Positions 24,960 through 37,712 of a stretch of 64,000 nt of DNA are shown here, in pieces. The first letter of the stretch is position 1, and every line of letters begins with the position of its first letter. The notes beneath the pieces were generated by a model, which worked only from the letters and a program-made list of their open reading frames with translations, was not told the origin of the DNA and made no database searches. The position numbers and the translations under genes are program-made. Source of the stretch: Felis catus (lineage: Eukaryota); contig NC_058383.1 of NCBI RefSeq assembly GCF_018350175.1, positions 15,564,001 to 15,628,000 on the forward strand. The letters run 5' to 3'.

Positions 24960-26480
24960 TTATTCTTGGAAAGAGAAGATAAATGAAGATATAGCTATGT
25001 TGTAAACTGTAATTTTTTTCTCCTCATTCAGGTTTAGAAAAATAGTTTTTCAAGAGAGTTGACATGGGAAAAATTTTAAGTTTATATAATATAACCAATA
25101 TCAGAATTTTATAGAATGAATGCTTGGGAAAAGAATGATGAAAGTAACAAAAGGTCTTATGTTTGTGCTTGACTGCTTCTTTAGTAAGGAAAAAGAATAT
25201 TTGAATGACTGCTAATAAAGGAATCTTGTTTTTAAAATTGCATTGAGGGGTGCCTGGGTGGCTCAGTCAGTTAAGCGCTGAGTCTTGATTTCGGCTCAGG
25301 TTGTGGTCTTGTGGTCATGAGATCAAGCTCTGCATGGGGGTCCATGCTGGGTATGGAGCCTGCTTGGGATTTTCTCTCTCCCTCTCAAAAAAATAATGCA
25401 TCGAGAAATCCACAAAATTCACTTATCAAAAAGCTTTAATTCAATATCTAATAAATTAAAAGGTATGTATTTTAAGGAAGTAGAGGGTATAATAAGCTCC
25501 ACTTTTAAAAATAGAGTAGGCTCCACTTTCAGAATAGGGGAGAGTGCTTCTGAGTGATTTATTAATAATTAACAATGGCAGGATTTAAACATTTTGGGCA
25601 GCAAAAGAAACTTCTTGATTTAACTGCAGTCTGTTTTGTGTTTTGAAAATGTTTTCATATAAATAAACTTATGGGAAAAAAAACTTCACCAAGGAAGGGA
25701 TCTTACTAAGTTAGAAAATAGGGTTTTCTAGTTATGATGGAAAAGGTTAATATTGAAAGTTGGCTCTATATAATACTTTAAAATTACCCTGGCCACATAA
25801 AAAGGCTTTGTCCAAATGACAAAAAGAAACCCATACATCCTTCATTTCATTAGTGACCCTATACATCCAGAATCCATGGCCACTCTTAGACCTATCTGAA
25901 GCTTGGCTCTTAGAGTGAGATTCTTAAATTCTAGTTATTTTTGTAATGATAAGAAGTTTAAAACACTAAACCTTATAAATTCTTCTTAGCTTCTTCTGTA
26001 TATGCCAGTCCCCCATCAATCATTTTCTTAGTAAAATTTAAATTCTTGCTATGATGACTTCTAAGAAAAGTGGCTGATGACAACATAAATATGAATGGAT
26101 TTTATGTTAATGATGTAGCTGCCTATTTTGTTTGCAATAAAAATACCTCTTATTCTAAATAATATGAAAAGGAATATAAGATATATTTTAAGTAGCTAAT
26201 AAGATTAACCAAACAGAAAAAATGACAAAATAAACCACCTTCAGAAGAGTCTGAGCAACCAACAATATTTGTTGAACAGTAAAGCATTACATTGTATTAC
26301 TGCAGTGTGTATGAATTATGTAAGGACTGAATGAAATTTCATCCCAAAGAGACATCCTTTTGGGATGAGGAAATTGAAAAAAGAAAAAAAAAAGTTCTGA
26401 GTGCAGATGAGGTGTTTTGTGATAAAGATAAAATGGCTGAAAATAAACCCAACCTTTTTAATGCAATTCTGTAAATATTT
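24960..26480 (+). mobile_element. Very old L1 ORF2 remnant (endonuclease end and linker), with a SINE at ~25246-25395
   Basis: Degenerate peptides TMAGFKH (~IMGDFNT), HKKALSK*QK (~HKTSLNKFKK) and DVAAYFVCNKNTSYSK (~EIKMFFETNENKDTTYQ) occur in L1 order. Confidence 0.45.
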
Positions 26481-27516
26481 AATTTTCTAGACTTGAGCCA
26501 GATATGGAAAAGGCTGCTCACCACTGACATACACTCAGATTGGAGAAAACAGGAATGCAGTAGAAAAAGATGTGGGCAAGAGCGGTCCATTGTTCTGGAC
26601 CTCAGAGATTTGGGGAAGACTGCTACTGTGGGGCACAGAAGAAAGAATCACCAGTTAATGGCAACGTCAACAGGGTGGGTTCAAACATATAGGAAATGAA
26701 TTTTCATACTGTATAGGTCACTAGAATAAGATGACTTAGAAAGTCTACTTGGTGAGACTAACATTAAATTAAGTTTTTTGAGCCTTAAGTCTAAGCCTAA
26801 GTTAAGATTTTGAGCTTTGGTTACCTGAGTACAGAGGACACCTTTCACACACTTCATTACCTCAGCAACTATCCCCAACTGCACTCAATCAGATTCTCTC
26901 AAGAAATTTATATGATTAAGTGATTTGAAGCTTATTAGGTAAGATTGGTTCATTCTGGTATAAAAACTGTTTTATTTATTTAAAAGGACATTTAACTTGG
27001 AGCCAAAGGCAAAAGGACTTCCTGGAGAAGCACTGGACATTTCAGTTTAACAAATATCTGTTCAATTTCAGGTATGTGCCAGGTATTGTGGCACATACCT
27101 GCCTAAGACTTGGACACTTAGCCACAGAACACTTAGTGCTAGTGTAGAAATAGAAAACTGTTGCACAATGGCTCTTCAAATGGAAGGAATCTGAGGCCAC
27201 ATTCAGTTCTCAGATATGGGTTAGTGATGCCTTGAAAACAGTTAGGCATGATGGTATTCTGCCCCAGTTAATTACTGTTTTACTTTAGTATATTGGTTTA
27301 AAAGTCAACTAAATTATTACAGAACAAGGGCACGTTACAGTTCTGAGCAAAAGAAAAATGAACAAATCAGTTCTGATGAGCTGATCAAATGAGCTTATTG
27401 TTTTTCTAAAATATAGCATTACACAGTATATATGCTATATGTACTGTAGTCTCTAGGCCAAAATTGTATGAATATCCTGTAAACATTCTGTATGGACTAA
27501 AGAAAAAATAGCTACA

Positions 27517-27642
27517 GGGCTGCCTGTGTGGCTCAGTCAGTTAAGTGTCCAACTTCGGCCTAGGTCATGATCTTGCCATTCCCAAGTTTAAGCCCCACCC
27601 TGGGCTCTGTGCTGACAGCTCGGAGGCTGGAGCCTGCTTCAG

Positions 27643-27692
<50 letters not shown>

Positions 27693-29090
27693 CCTCCCCA
27701 ACTCACATCATCTCCTTCTCTTAAAAATAAATAAACATTAGAAAAAATTTTGAAAAAAAGAATAAATAACTACAAAGGCTTAGTTTTTATTTATGGCTAA
27801 AAAAATGAAAGTTGTCTTAAATACTGAGAACAAACTGAGGGTTGATGGGGGTGGGGGAGAGGGGAAAGTGGGTGATGGGCACTGAGGAGGGCACCTATTG
27901 GGATGAGCACTGGGTGTTGTATGGAAACTAATTTGACAATAAATTATATATTAAAAAAAATGAAAGTTGTATACCACATGACCTCTGAAGATTCCATACT
28001 AAGGAAGTCTATCACTGCTTCTAACTTAAAACATCAATGATTATGGGCGCCTGGGTGGCTCAGTCGGTTGAGCTTCAACTTCGGCTCAGGTCACGATGTC
28101 ATGGTTTGAGCCCCGCATCCAGTCCTATGCTGACAGCTCAGAGCCTGGAGCGTGCTTCAGATTTTGTCTCCCTCTCTCTCTGACCCTCCCCAACTCACAC
28201 TCTCTCAAAAATAAATAAATGTTACAAAAACAAAACAAAACAAAAAAACCCATCAATGATATATGCTTTCTTTAAATATTACTATCTGCTTACAAATGCT
28301 TTAAATTTTCTTTTTTTACTGTTTATTCATTTTTTGATAGAGACAGAGAGTGAGTGGGGGAGGGGCAGAGAGAGAGGGAGACACAGAATCCGAAGACAGG
28401 CTCCAGGCTCTGAACTGACAGCACAGAGCCCAACGCGGGGCTCGAACTCATGTACCATGAGATCATGACCTGAGCTGAAGTCGGATGCTTAACCAACTGA
28501 GCCACCCAGGCACCCCTGCTTACAAATACTTTGAGGAGAAAACAGGACTGCTTATTCTCAGTATAACTGCACACCAAAAAACAAGAGAGAAAGCTTCTTT
28601 TCTCCCTTATTAACTGAATTCAATATTTAAAAAGTATTTTGGCAGAAGCTGTTTGCTTATTAGCCTAGTGATAGTGACCACAGCTGAAATACAGCTAAGC
28701 AGTTAATTACCTTGCTGCTTTTCTCACTCTCTTTTCCTAAGACTTCCTCACTTTCCAGAAGGGACTTTTAGAGCTAATTCTGAGTTTAATGGGTGAAGAA
28801 TGTTACAAATAATTGATCGTTGTTTACAGAAATGAGTCCCTTTACAAGTAGTCTTATAAATTACTGCAATTGAGGGGCGCCTGGGTGGCTCAGTCGGTTA
28901 AGCGTCTGACTTCAGCTCAGGTCACGATCTCACAGTCCGTGAGTTCAAGCCCCGCGTCGGGCTCTGGGCTGATGGCTCAGAGCCTGGAGCCTGCTTTCGA
29001 TTCTGTGTCTCCCTCTCTCTCTGACCCTCCCCCGTTCATGCTCTGTCTCTCTCTGTCTCAAAAATAAATAAACGTAAAAAAAAAAAAAAA
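27517..29090. mobile_element. Can-SINEs at ~27517-27760 (+), ~28044-28250 (+), ~28305-28516 (-), 28874-29090 (+), and an L1 3' stub at 27816-27953 (+)
   Basis: Heads and tails. L1 stub TSD aaaaatgaaagttgt; 28874 SINE TSD aaattactgcaattga. Confidence 0.88.
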
Positions 29091-29139
29091 TTACTGCAAT
29101 TGAGATTACAGTTTAGAAATTGCAGGTTAAAGAGACACC

Positions 29140-29700
29140 TGTGGAAGGCACAAGTTCTAGTTCTGACACTGGCAAAATCTAACTGTGTAACCTTGACAAG
29201 TCACTCATCCTCTCAGGCTCCCACCTTCCCTGTCTATAAAACAAAAGGGACTGAAACTGGATAGTTGCTAAGGTCCCTTTCAACATCTAAATTCTGGCTT
29301 TCCCTTCTCCCACCTGATCAAGGAGAGGTATTTTATAACAAAATACAAAACAAAAACAGAAAACCCTAAAATGAACGCTATTGGCCTAACTACTGCTACT
29401 TAGAGTTCAAGGTCTACTATGTTCCCTTAGCGGTTTAAACTACATACAAGGTGACAATTTAGGAAGGCTTATTACTAAAGTACACAATACAAGTGGCTTT
29501 GATGTCAGACTTTCCATGCAAAGATGACCCAAATACCACTGAGTTGCAGTGGAAAAGTACTAGCCTGGGAGTTGGGTTCTAACTTGGTTCAGTGACATCT
29601 CTTAGGTAAGTAACTTAACATCTCTGGATCCTGATTTTCCCAGGTGTAAAATGACAAAGTTATACTAGATTATCTCTAAGACCTTTCCTAAAACCAAAAC
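29140..29700 (+). mobile_element. Two MIR fragments (~29140-29300, ~29545-29700) in intron 4, next to exon 4
   Basis: MIR cores actgtgtaaccttgacaagtcactc..ctgtctataaaac and ggtaagtaacttaacatctctgg..gtaaaatg. Confidence 0.6.
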
Positions 29701-29732
29701 TCTATGTTTCTAAGTGGTTACTCTCAACCTAC

Positions 29733-29899
29733 CCTTTTGTAATGCATTGCTTCCAAAAACAGCTTGGTCTGCTTATAGATTTCTTGGCCTGTCTTGTGGA
29801 AGGTCTTGAGAAATTCTATGAACTCTTTAGACACTCTATCCGTTTCAATGCTGGTTTGCCGGTTTATGGAAGGACTGGGAGCTTTTGCTTCCTGAATTT
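29733..29899 (-). CDS. RABGEF1: RABGEF1 exon 4 (start of helical bundle); not in the ORF track
   Basis: Translated by hand: (E)IQEAKAPSPSINRQTSIETDRVSKEFIEFLKTFHKTGQEIYKQTKLFLEAMHYKR. Acceptor tttcccagcag| and donor AGG|GTAGGT. 167 nt, or 170 nt with the upstream CAG. Confidence 0.97.
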
Positions 29900-31199
29900 C
29901 TGCTGGGAAAATTAAACATAGTAAGTTTCATTACATAGAAGATCCATGCATGGAATTACTTTAACTATGTAACTTGATCATTTAAATTATGCTTAATCAA
30001 AGTTAAACTTGAATTTAAATTCTGTTTAAATATTTGGACCACTTAAAGTAAGCTCAATCTATTTTATGACGAGGAAGTACAAGCAGATAAAACTACATGA
30101 TCTAAAAGATATTCCCATTCAAATAAAAGTTGCTCTACTAATATTTTTTTAGCCAAAATATATCATACTTTGACGCATATACTTAATTATAAATACTGAA
30201 ATGGCGGCACTATCTTGAACAACTTTCTCAAAGACTGCATGAATTTACAAAACTAGTCAATAAGCAAAATAACAATCAGGAGAAGCACAAAAATGTTAGG
30301 TGACTTATAAGATGTGAGACAACTCTTCCAAATCCATTCTACTTCTCAAAAACGCAAAGGCTCATTTATTTATGTGGAGACTAACAATTACTGACCCATA
30401 ATCCAGTTTTCAAAAAAATTTTTCAAGTCATACTGCTCTAAGTGCAAGAACGCATCCAACATAGCAATTCATGACAGAGCAAACAGCAAAGAGGTAAGCA
30501 AAGTAAGTAAAACACTGTCTAATCAGTGGCCACACACCTCTTTCCCCTCTTCAAATGGGACCTTTAAAGAATAAAGATAACAGTGCTACAATACAGTAGG
30601 CGCTCTCTGATCACATTCTAGCCTCCTGATATTCAACTGCTAATCCAATAACTGTAAGGAATTAAATTACTCATATCCCCACAGTTCCCTTTTATACATA
30701 AAAAGAAAGATCATTAGGAAGAGAAAGTATCTTCTGAAGATACTGAAATCAACTTATTACCTGCTTACTCAGAGTAACTTCCTATCATCTTATGTTTTGA
30801 ACCTTAGTACCTGAGATATATTTCAATAAAGAAGTTGCAGTAAAGTTTTCAGATAATAGAAGACTGGATTATTCAAGTGAGACAAACACATCTAGACTAC
30901 CTAAAAGAATATACTATTAACTATGGTGAAGTAAAGATTCTACCTCTCTTTTATTATCACATAGCTGGTGATCAAACCAATGAGGTACTTAAATTGTTTG
31001 ACTTATGTTCAAAGTAAGGGTGAAAACACCCTTTCTCCTCCCAACAGTACTATTAAGTAGTTAGCAGAACAAAGTTGCACATTATAGTTATCTTTTCAAA
31101 TCAAGTATTTGCATATCTTTCAGATTATCAGGTGCTTCCTAATTATGATTCGAACTATAGAAGCCCTAAAATCACATTAAAATAAAAAAAAAAAAAAAA

Positions 31200-33050
31200 G
31201 CACACAAAAACCCCACTATATCTATGGCTAAAAATACTATCAGTCAAAAGTCAACCAACAGACTGGAAAAAATGCTTGTAAGCTTTATCACAGACAAAGG
31301 GCTACTCTCCCTAATGTAAAGTAACTCCTATAAAGAAGAAAAAAAAAAAATAACAGTTCAACAGGAAAATGGGTAAGGAATTCTAACATTGCACAGAAAG
31401 GAAACCTAAATGTATTTTAAACAAAGGAAACATGCTCAGTCTCACTCGTAACAAATATGCAAATCGAAACTACTATGAGATGCCATTTTAAAAATTAACA
31501 AACAGACACAAATCTGATGTTGATGAGGGTATGGGGTAAAAAGGCATTCTCATCTGTGGAGGTGGGAATGTAAAATGATACAACTGCAATGAAATGCAAT
31601 TTGGCAATAATCATCAAAATTAAAAATACATTTATCCTATGACCCAATAATTCCATTTCTCAGAAATTTTCTGATATAACCACACATGTACAAAATGAAA
31701 TATATACAAGGCTATTCATTTTAGGACTACTTATAACAGCAAGACTAAAAATGGCACAATGCACACCACTAAGTAACTAAATAAATTGTGGTTTAATCCA
31801 TAAAAGGGAATACTATGTAGTTTTAAAATAAAGTACTTTTTATGTACTAAAAAAAAAGAGTTCTCAAAACATATTGCTAAAGTGAAAACAAAAAACAAAA
31901 AACGACAGTATGTGAATAAGAATATAGAACAGAGTATATATAATAAAAATATATGTGTTCAGAAATGAAGAAAAGCACCTAAGGATACACAAGAAACCAA
32001 TGACAAAGGTTGTCTGAATACGGGAGAACAATGGTGGTGATGGCTGGGAACTAGATGGGTGAGGGACCATACACCTTTTATTTTGTAGCCATTTGAATGT
32101 ACTACTTTTTTTTTTTTTTAAGCAAATAAATTAATCAGGTACAATCTAACTTAGAACAAAAACTGGAAGCACCCTTTCTAAACATTTTTACCAATATGGA
32201 ATACCAAAAGGTGTATTCAACAGTCTGTATGATTAGAAAAAATTCTTTAAGGAGTGCCTGGGTGTCTCAGTAGGTTAAGCACCTAACTCTTGGTTTCGAC
32301 TCAGGGCATGATCTCATGGTTCATGAGTTCGAGCCCTGAATTGGGCTCTGCGCTGTCAGTGTGACGCCTGCTTGGGATTCTCTCTCCCCCTCTCTCTCTG
32401 CCCCTCCCCCACATGCACATGTGTGCTCTCTCTCAAAATAAATAAATAAAAACTTTAAAAAGAAAAAAGAAATAAAAAGTTCTTTAACACTTAGCTTAAT
32501 CCTTCACTCAATCTGATAATTCCACTTCTGGTCATGATGGGATAACAGGGGTTGGGTTCACCGTACTCCCTTAACAACTAGAAAATCAGACGAAATAATG
32601 CTTTTCAGACACTGGACAACAGGTGGATGGGAGGGTGACCCCTGAGAGAAGCAGACAAATATGGTAAGTCTTACAAGTACCCCAGCTCGCTGCACAGAGA
32701 GTTTTTAGGCCATGGCAACTCAAACAGAGCCTAGCAGACCTGATGAATTTGGGAAACAGCAGTTAGAGCTGAGGGAGGCCAAAGTCGCTAGAAATTGCAT
32801 GGCAAAATACAGAGAGGATGGGGCTGCAGAGAAAAAATTCCAGGTAACTGCAGAGGGATTCCTGTGAGTCTTTGAGGGAGTACTGCATGTATATGTGAGA
32901 AAGTACCCAAGATTGCATAAAGAAACAGGCAGAACAATCCCCAGAGCACACATGACTGGGAATAATTCACTTCCAAACAGCCAGGAGGAACAAAGAACAT
33001 CAGCAATGGCAAATATAAAAAAACAATTTCTCATTAAAGTAAAATTTCTT
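31200..33050 (+). mobile_element. Old L1M fragments (3' part ~31200-32100, 5'-UTR-like part ~32520-33050) with a Can-SINE at ~32250-32475
   Basis: L1 3' motifs (gggaatgtaaaatg, ctatgacccaataattcc) and an L1M 5'-like start (cttctggtcatgatgg..). Confidence 0.6.
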
Positions 33051-33065
33051 TAAAAGATCATTAAC

Positions 33066-33951
33066 TGGAGCCACCTGGGTGGCTCAGTTGGTCAAGTGAC
33101 CCATTCTTGATTTCGATTTAGGTCGTGATCTTATGGTTCACGCGAAAGGGCTCCGTGGTGGGGTCTGCACTGACAGTGTGGAGCCTGATTGGGATTCTCT
33201 CTCCCCTCTCTCTACCACTCCCCTGTGTGTGTACTCTCTCATACATACATACATACATACATACATACATACATAAATGAATGAATGAATGTATGTCTTC
33301 CTAGCAAGGTTCCTGAAAAACTTAACTATCCTACAATCCAACAATTACATTACTAGGTATTTACCCAAAGAATACAAAAATACTAATTCAAAGGGATACA
33401 TGCATCCTAATTTTTATAGCAGCATTATCTACAATAGCTAAATTATGGAAACAGGCCAAGTCTCCATCAACTGATGAATGGATAAAAAAGATACACACAC
33501 ACATATACATATATACATACATACACACAATGGAATATTACACAGCCACAAAACAGAATGAAATCTTGCCATCTACAATGACAAAGATGGAGTTAGAGAA
33601 TATCATGCTAAGTAAAATAAGTCAGTCAGGGAAAGAAAATACCATACAATTTTATTCATATGTGGAATTTAAAAAACAAAACAAATGAGCAAAGGGAAAA
33701 AAGAGAGAGAGGAGGCAAACCAAGAAACAGATTCTTAATTATAGAGGACACACTAATGGTTAGCAGGGGGGATGTGGGGGGTGGGATGGGTTAAATAGGT
33801 GATGGGATTAAGAAGTGCACTTGTCGTGATGAGCACCAGGTGTTGTATCGGAGTATTGAATCACTATATTGTACATTGGAAACCAATATTATTGTACTGT
33901 ATGTTATCTAACTGGAGTTTAAATAAAAACTAAAAACAATAATGAAAAAAA
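33066..33951 (+). mobile_element. Can-SINE (~33066-33280, (ATAC)n tail) followed by a carnivore L1 3' end at 33307-33951
   Basis: L1 ORF2 C-terminus plus 3' UTR. TSD gtcttcctagca at 33295-33306 and 33952-33963. Confidence 0.88.
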
Positions 33952-34281
33952 GTCTTCCTAGCAGAATAACATATGCTTTTCAATTATATTGGCAATATTT
34001 ACAGCTCTTTCAAGAATTTTCCATATTGCAGACACTGTGCTTTACTATATATTCTCATTAGTCCTTAAAAATTTAGATTCCTGAAATCATATGAAATAAT
34101 AATATCTACCATTTTAAGCCACATACACACTGAGGTTAGAGAAGTTAAGTCACTTATATGCCTCAAGTCACACAAGTAGAGGAAAAGCTGAAATCTGAGA
34201 CCAGATCTGCTTAATTTCCAAGCCCAGGTTCTTTACAACCACACCATAACGTCCCTACTATTATTACAGTGTCTTTACTCC

Positions 34282-34500
34282 TTTTTTTTTTTTTCAACAT
34301 TTATTTATTTTTTTTGGGACAGAGAGAGACAGAGCATGAACGGGGAAGGGGCAGAGAGAGAGGGAGACACAGAATCGGAAGCAGGCTCCAGGCTCTGAGC
34401 CATCAGCCCAGAGCCCGACGTGGGGCTCGAACTCACGGACCGCGAGATTGTGACCTGGCTGAAGTCGGACGCTTAACCGACTGCGCCACCCAGGCGCCCC
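34282..34500 (-). mobile_element. Young felid SINEC_Fc-type SINE
   Basis: Near-consensus sequence with a T-tail. Confidence 0.92.
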
Positions 34501-34849
34501 TATTTATTCCTTTTTAAGCAAATCATTGAGTAGCAATTCAGTATCTACTACATAAAGCTGCCTGCAAAGGCAGATCACACTAAATCCAGTTAAGTCTTTG
34601 ATATATAAAGTAAACTGTAAAAGCAAAATCTTCCCTAAATTTGTTTGAAGAATAGGTATGAAAGAGTAAAGACAATCTGAATATGCCAGTTATCAAAAAA
34701 GGACATGATCATGTAGTAAAGATGATTAACACCATTTCTAGGACGAAAGACATTTTATATCTCAATGTTAAAAATTTTACTGAAAAATCCCATGTTTCTC
34801 AGATTATTAAAAAAAAAAATCAATAGGGGCAACTCAGCAGAATATTATA

Positions 34850-35435
34850 GGAACCAGAGGAGCCAACTCTGCAATTAGAGCTTCGAAACTTTCAGTCCCA
34901 CCCACCCCCCTGACTTCTGACTTTCAGAATGCAGAGGGGATGGACATTTTTGATCACCAACAGCCAACGATTTAATCAACTATGCCTATGAAATGAAGTT
35001 GCCATAAAAATTCCTGAAGGATTAGGTCTGGGGAGTTTCCACATTGGTGAACACAACGAGGTGCTGGCTGTATGGCACACCCAGAGAGGGCATGGCAGCT
35101 TGGTGCCCGCTCCCCTATACCCTGCCCTATGCAACTCTTCCATTTGGCTAACCCTGTGTTGTAGTCTTTGTAATACATCATAAGCATTAATGAAGTGTTT
35201 TCCTGAGTTCTGTGAGTCATTCTAACAAATTGTCAAATCTGAGAAGAGGCCTGTGGGAATCCCCAACTTCTAGATGGTTGGTCAGGAGTATGGGTGCCCA
35301 ACTCATGGGGGCTGCAGCTGGCCTCTTAGGGTGGAGATAGTCTTGTGGAACTGAGCCCTTAACCTGTGGGTTTTGTGCTGACTCTGGGTAGTGTCAGAAA
35401 AAGGACTGAATTGTTGGGACACCCAGTTGGTGTCA
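34850..35435 (+). mobile_element. MER21-like solo LTR (ERVL)
   Basis: cacccagagagggcatggcagct, gtgttttcctgagttctgtgag and ggacacccagttggtgtca are MER21-family motifs. Confidence 0.75.
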
Positions 35436-35877
35436 AAGAATAAAAGACACTAAATATGCGATAATGGGGAAACAATTTCTCATAATCCTTATCATGAAAA
35501 TCAGAAAACAGGCACGATTATAAAATCAGTTCTAAATTCAACTTGGGGAATCATTACTTCAGTTTCATCTAAGTGCCAAACAGGCCCTCATGATTAAAGT
35601 AGCAATTTATTAGTGATCTTTCAGATGATGTAATCAACACTATGCTTCTATTTAACTAGCATCTGGGACATCTTGGGACAGCACTGAATGCTGGAGGATT
35701 ATAGTTTTATTTTTAACTTATTTTGAAATAACCTCAAATTTACAGAAAAGCTGCCAGATTGTTACAAATAATTTCTTTATACCTTTAACTCAGATTCATG
35801 AAATTGTAACCTTTTGCTACATCTCTATTATTTTTTCTAAATTTTCAGGTGGATTGTATATAGCATGCTCTGTATCT

Positions 35878-35995
35878 TTTTTTTTTTAATATATGAAATT
35901 TATTGTCAAATTGGTTTCCATACAACACCAAGTGCTGATCCAAAAAGATGCCCTCTTCAATACCCATCACTCACCCTCCTCTTCCTCCCACCCCC
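35878..35995 (-). mobile_element. Felid L1 3' stub inserted in an older L1
   Basis: T-tail followed by tttattgtcaaattggtttccatacaacacc; TSD catgctctgtatct/catgctctttatct. Confidence 0.85.
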
Positions 35996-37712
35996 CATGC
36001 TCTTTATCTCTTAATATGAGCGTTTCCTAACAAGGATATGCTTTTACATAACTATAGTACAGTTACTAAAAAAAGTGTGTGGGTTTTTTTCTTACATAGG
36101 ATCCAATGGAGGGTCACATCTTCGTTTGGCGGTCACGCATAGTCTCCCTTTAACCTCTAAGGGCTCCCAGCCTTCCTTTGTTTTTGTAATATTGACAATT
36201 TTAAAGAATAAAAAGGCAAGTCATTTTATTGAATGCCCCTCAGTTTGTGTTTCTCTCTCCTTTCCTCATGACTGGATTCAGGTTATAAATTTCAGCTTAA
36301 GTATTAACATAATTCATGGTATGTTCTTCTCAAAGGATATCTGGAGGCACATAAGGTCCATTTCCCATCATTACATAGTTGCCATTTCTCTATTTGTAAT
36401 TAATAAATTAGCTGTGGGACTTAATTTGAGATTATGCTCATAATTTGTTCCTCAGAAAACTTCTGTCACCTCAGATTTAACATTCACTGGTGAAATCTGC
36501 CTGAATCAATTCTTAGTATGATGACTGCAAAATGGTGATTTCTTATCTCCATCTCTCCTTCCACATTTATTAGTCAACATTCTATGGTAAAAAAGAGTTA
36601 TCTCTTCTCTTTTATTTAATCATTTATCTATTTTATCAGTTGAAAGGACTAGTGGATTACTTTATTCAGGTATACTCCATTTATTGTCCTTACTTAATAC
36701 TCAAATTTGACCAGTGGAAATCCACAGAAGATGACTGCTGGGTCTTTTACATGTCCCCAAATTTTGGGCGGCCCCCCTGCTCCAGCTCCAGAATCAGTCT
36801 TTTCTCCAAGGAACCCTCAAGTTCACTTTAGTGAAGATTAATATTTAGAATCTAAGGTCTGGGTGGAAAAATTGGTATGTTTCTGTTCTAAAAATGGAAA
36901 AGATATTCTTCCTATGAGCACTGCCTTTAGATTAGTTTGTGAAAGACGTGCACAAGATTCTACTCAGGGCAACAACATCTAGTTGAGCTCTCCAAAAAAA
37001 GGACTTTTAAAATGTGTGAGCAAGTATTTCAACTTGGCCAACCAACTATGATTTATTGTGTAAGCTACAATATAGCTCACTCAATCTTACTTTAGAGATT
37101 TTAAAACTCTAAATAAACTTTCTGAGTCTTTACAGTCAAGCTATTCCATTAACTTTCTCTGAAGGGTAACCCAACTCTTTAACAGGATATTAAATATTCT
37201 TCAAACTCCTTAGAAGGCTATATTTATGTTCTGTTTACAACCAACCTTCCTTGGTTTAAGAGCTTTCTTTCATGCCACCAATGGAAGCAAGAAAAATATC
37301 AAGAGCAAAGGCATTGTGTATTAATGAAGTGAAATAAAGAATACAGAACACAAAAGGTCTATTTTAGTAGAGACTCAATAAATTAAAACCACATTTAGTA
37401 ATAGGCTAAACTTATCCACATGCAAAGCCCAAATAATCAGTCTGAAATGCAAAGTTTACCTGGCAAAGTTATGTAAGCAGTCTGTGAAACAGAAGATCAA
37501 ACAGGATCTTCTTTTGTAATATATACACATTAATCTTTTTTCAATACTTTGAGGTCTTTATCCCCATATGCTTTCTACAGACCAGAAACAACTAAAGATT
37601 AAAAATCTAAGGTAAGAATCTATCATGTGAAAAGAAGCTAAGAAGTATACTGGCTAAATATTTTTTTTAAATAAAATAACTTGGGATTGTTTCTTTTAAA
37701 GTACAAATCATC

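Noticed and set aside
25560..26700. Coding-like stretch first read as a hAT transposase or nested gene
   Set aside because: It has many stops and no exon structure, and the peptides fit decayed L1 ORF2 better.
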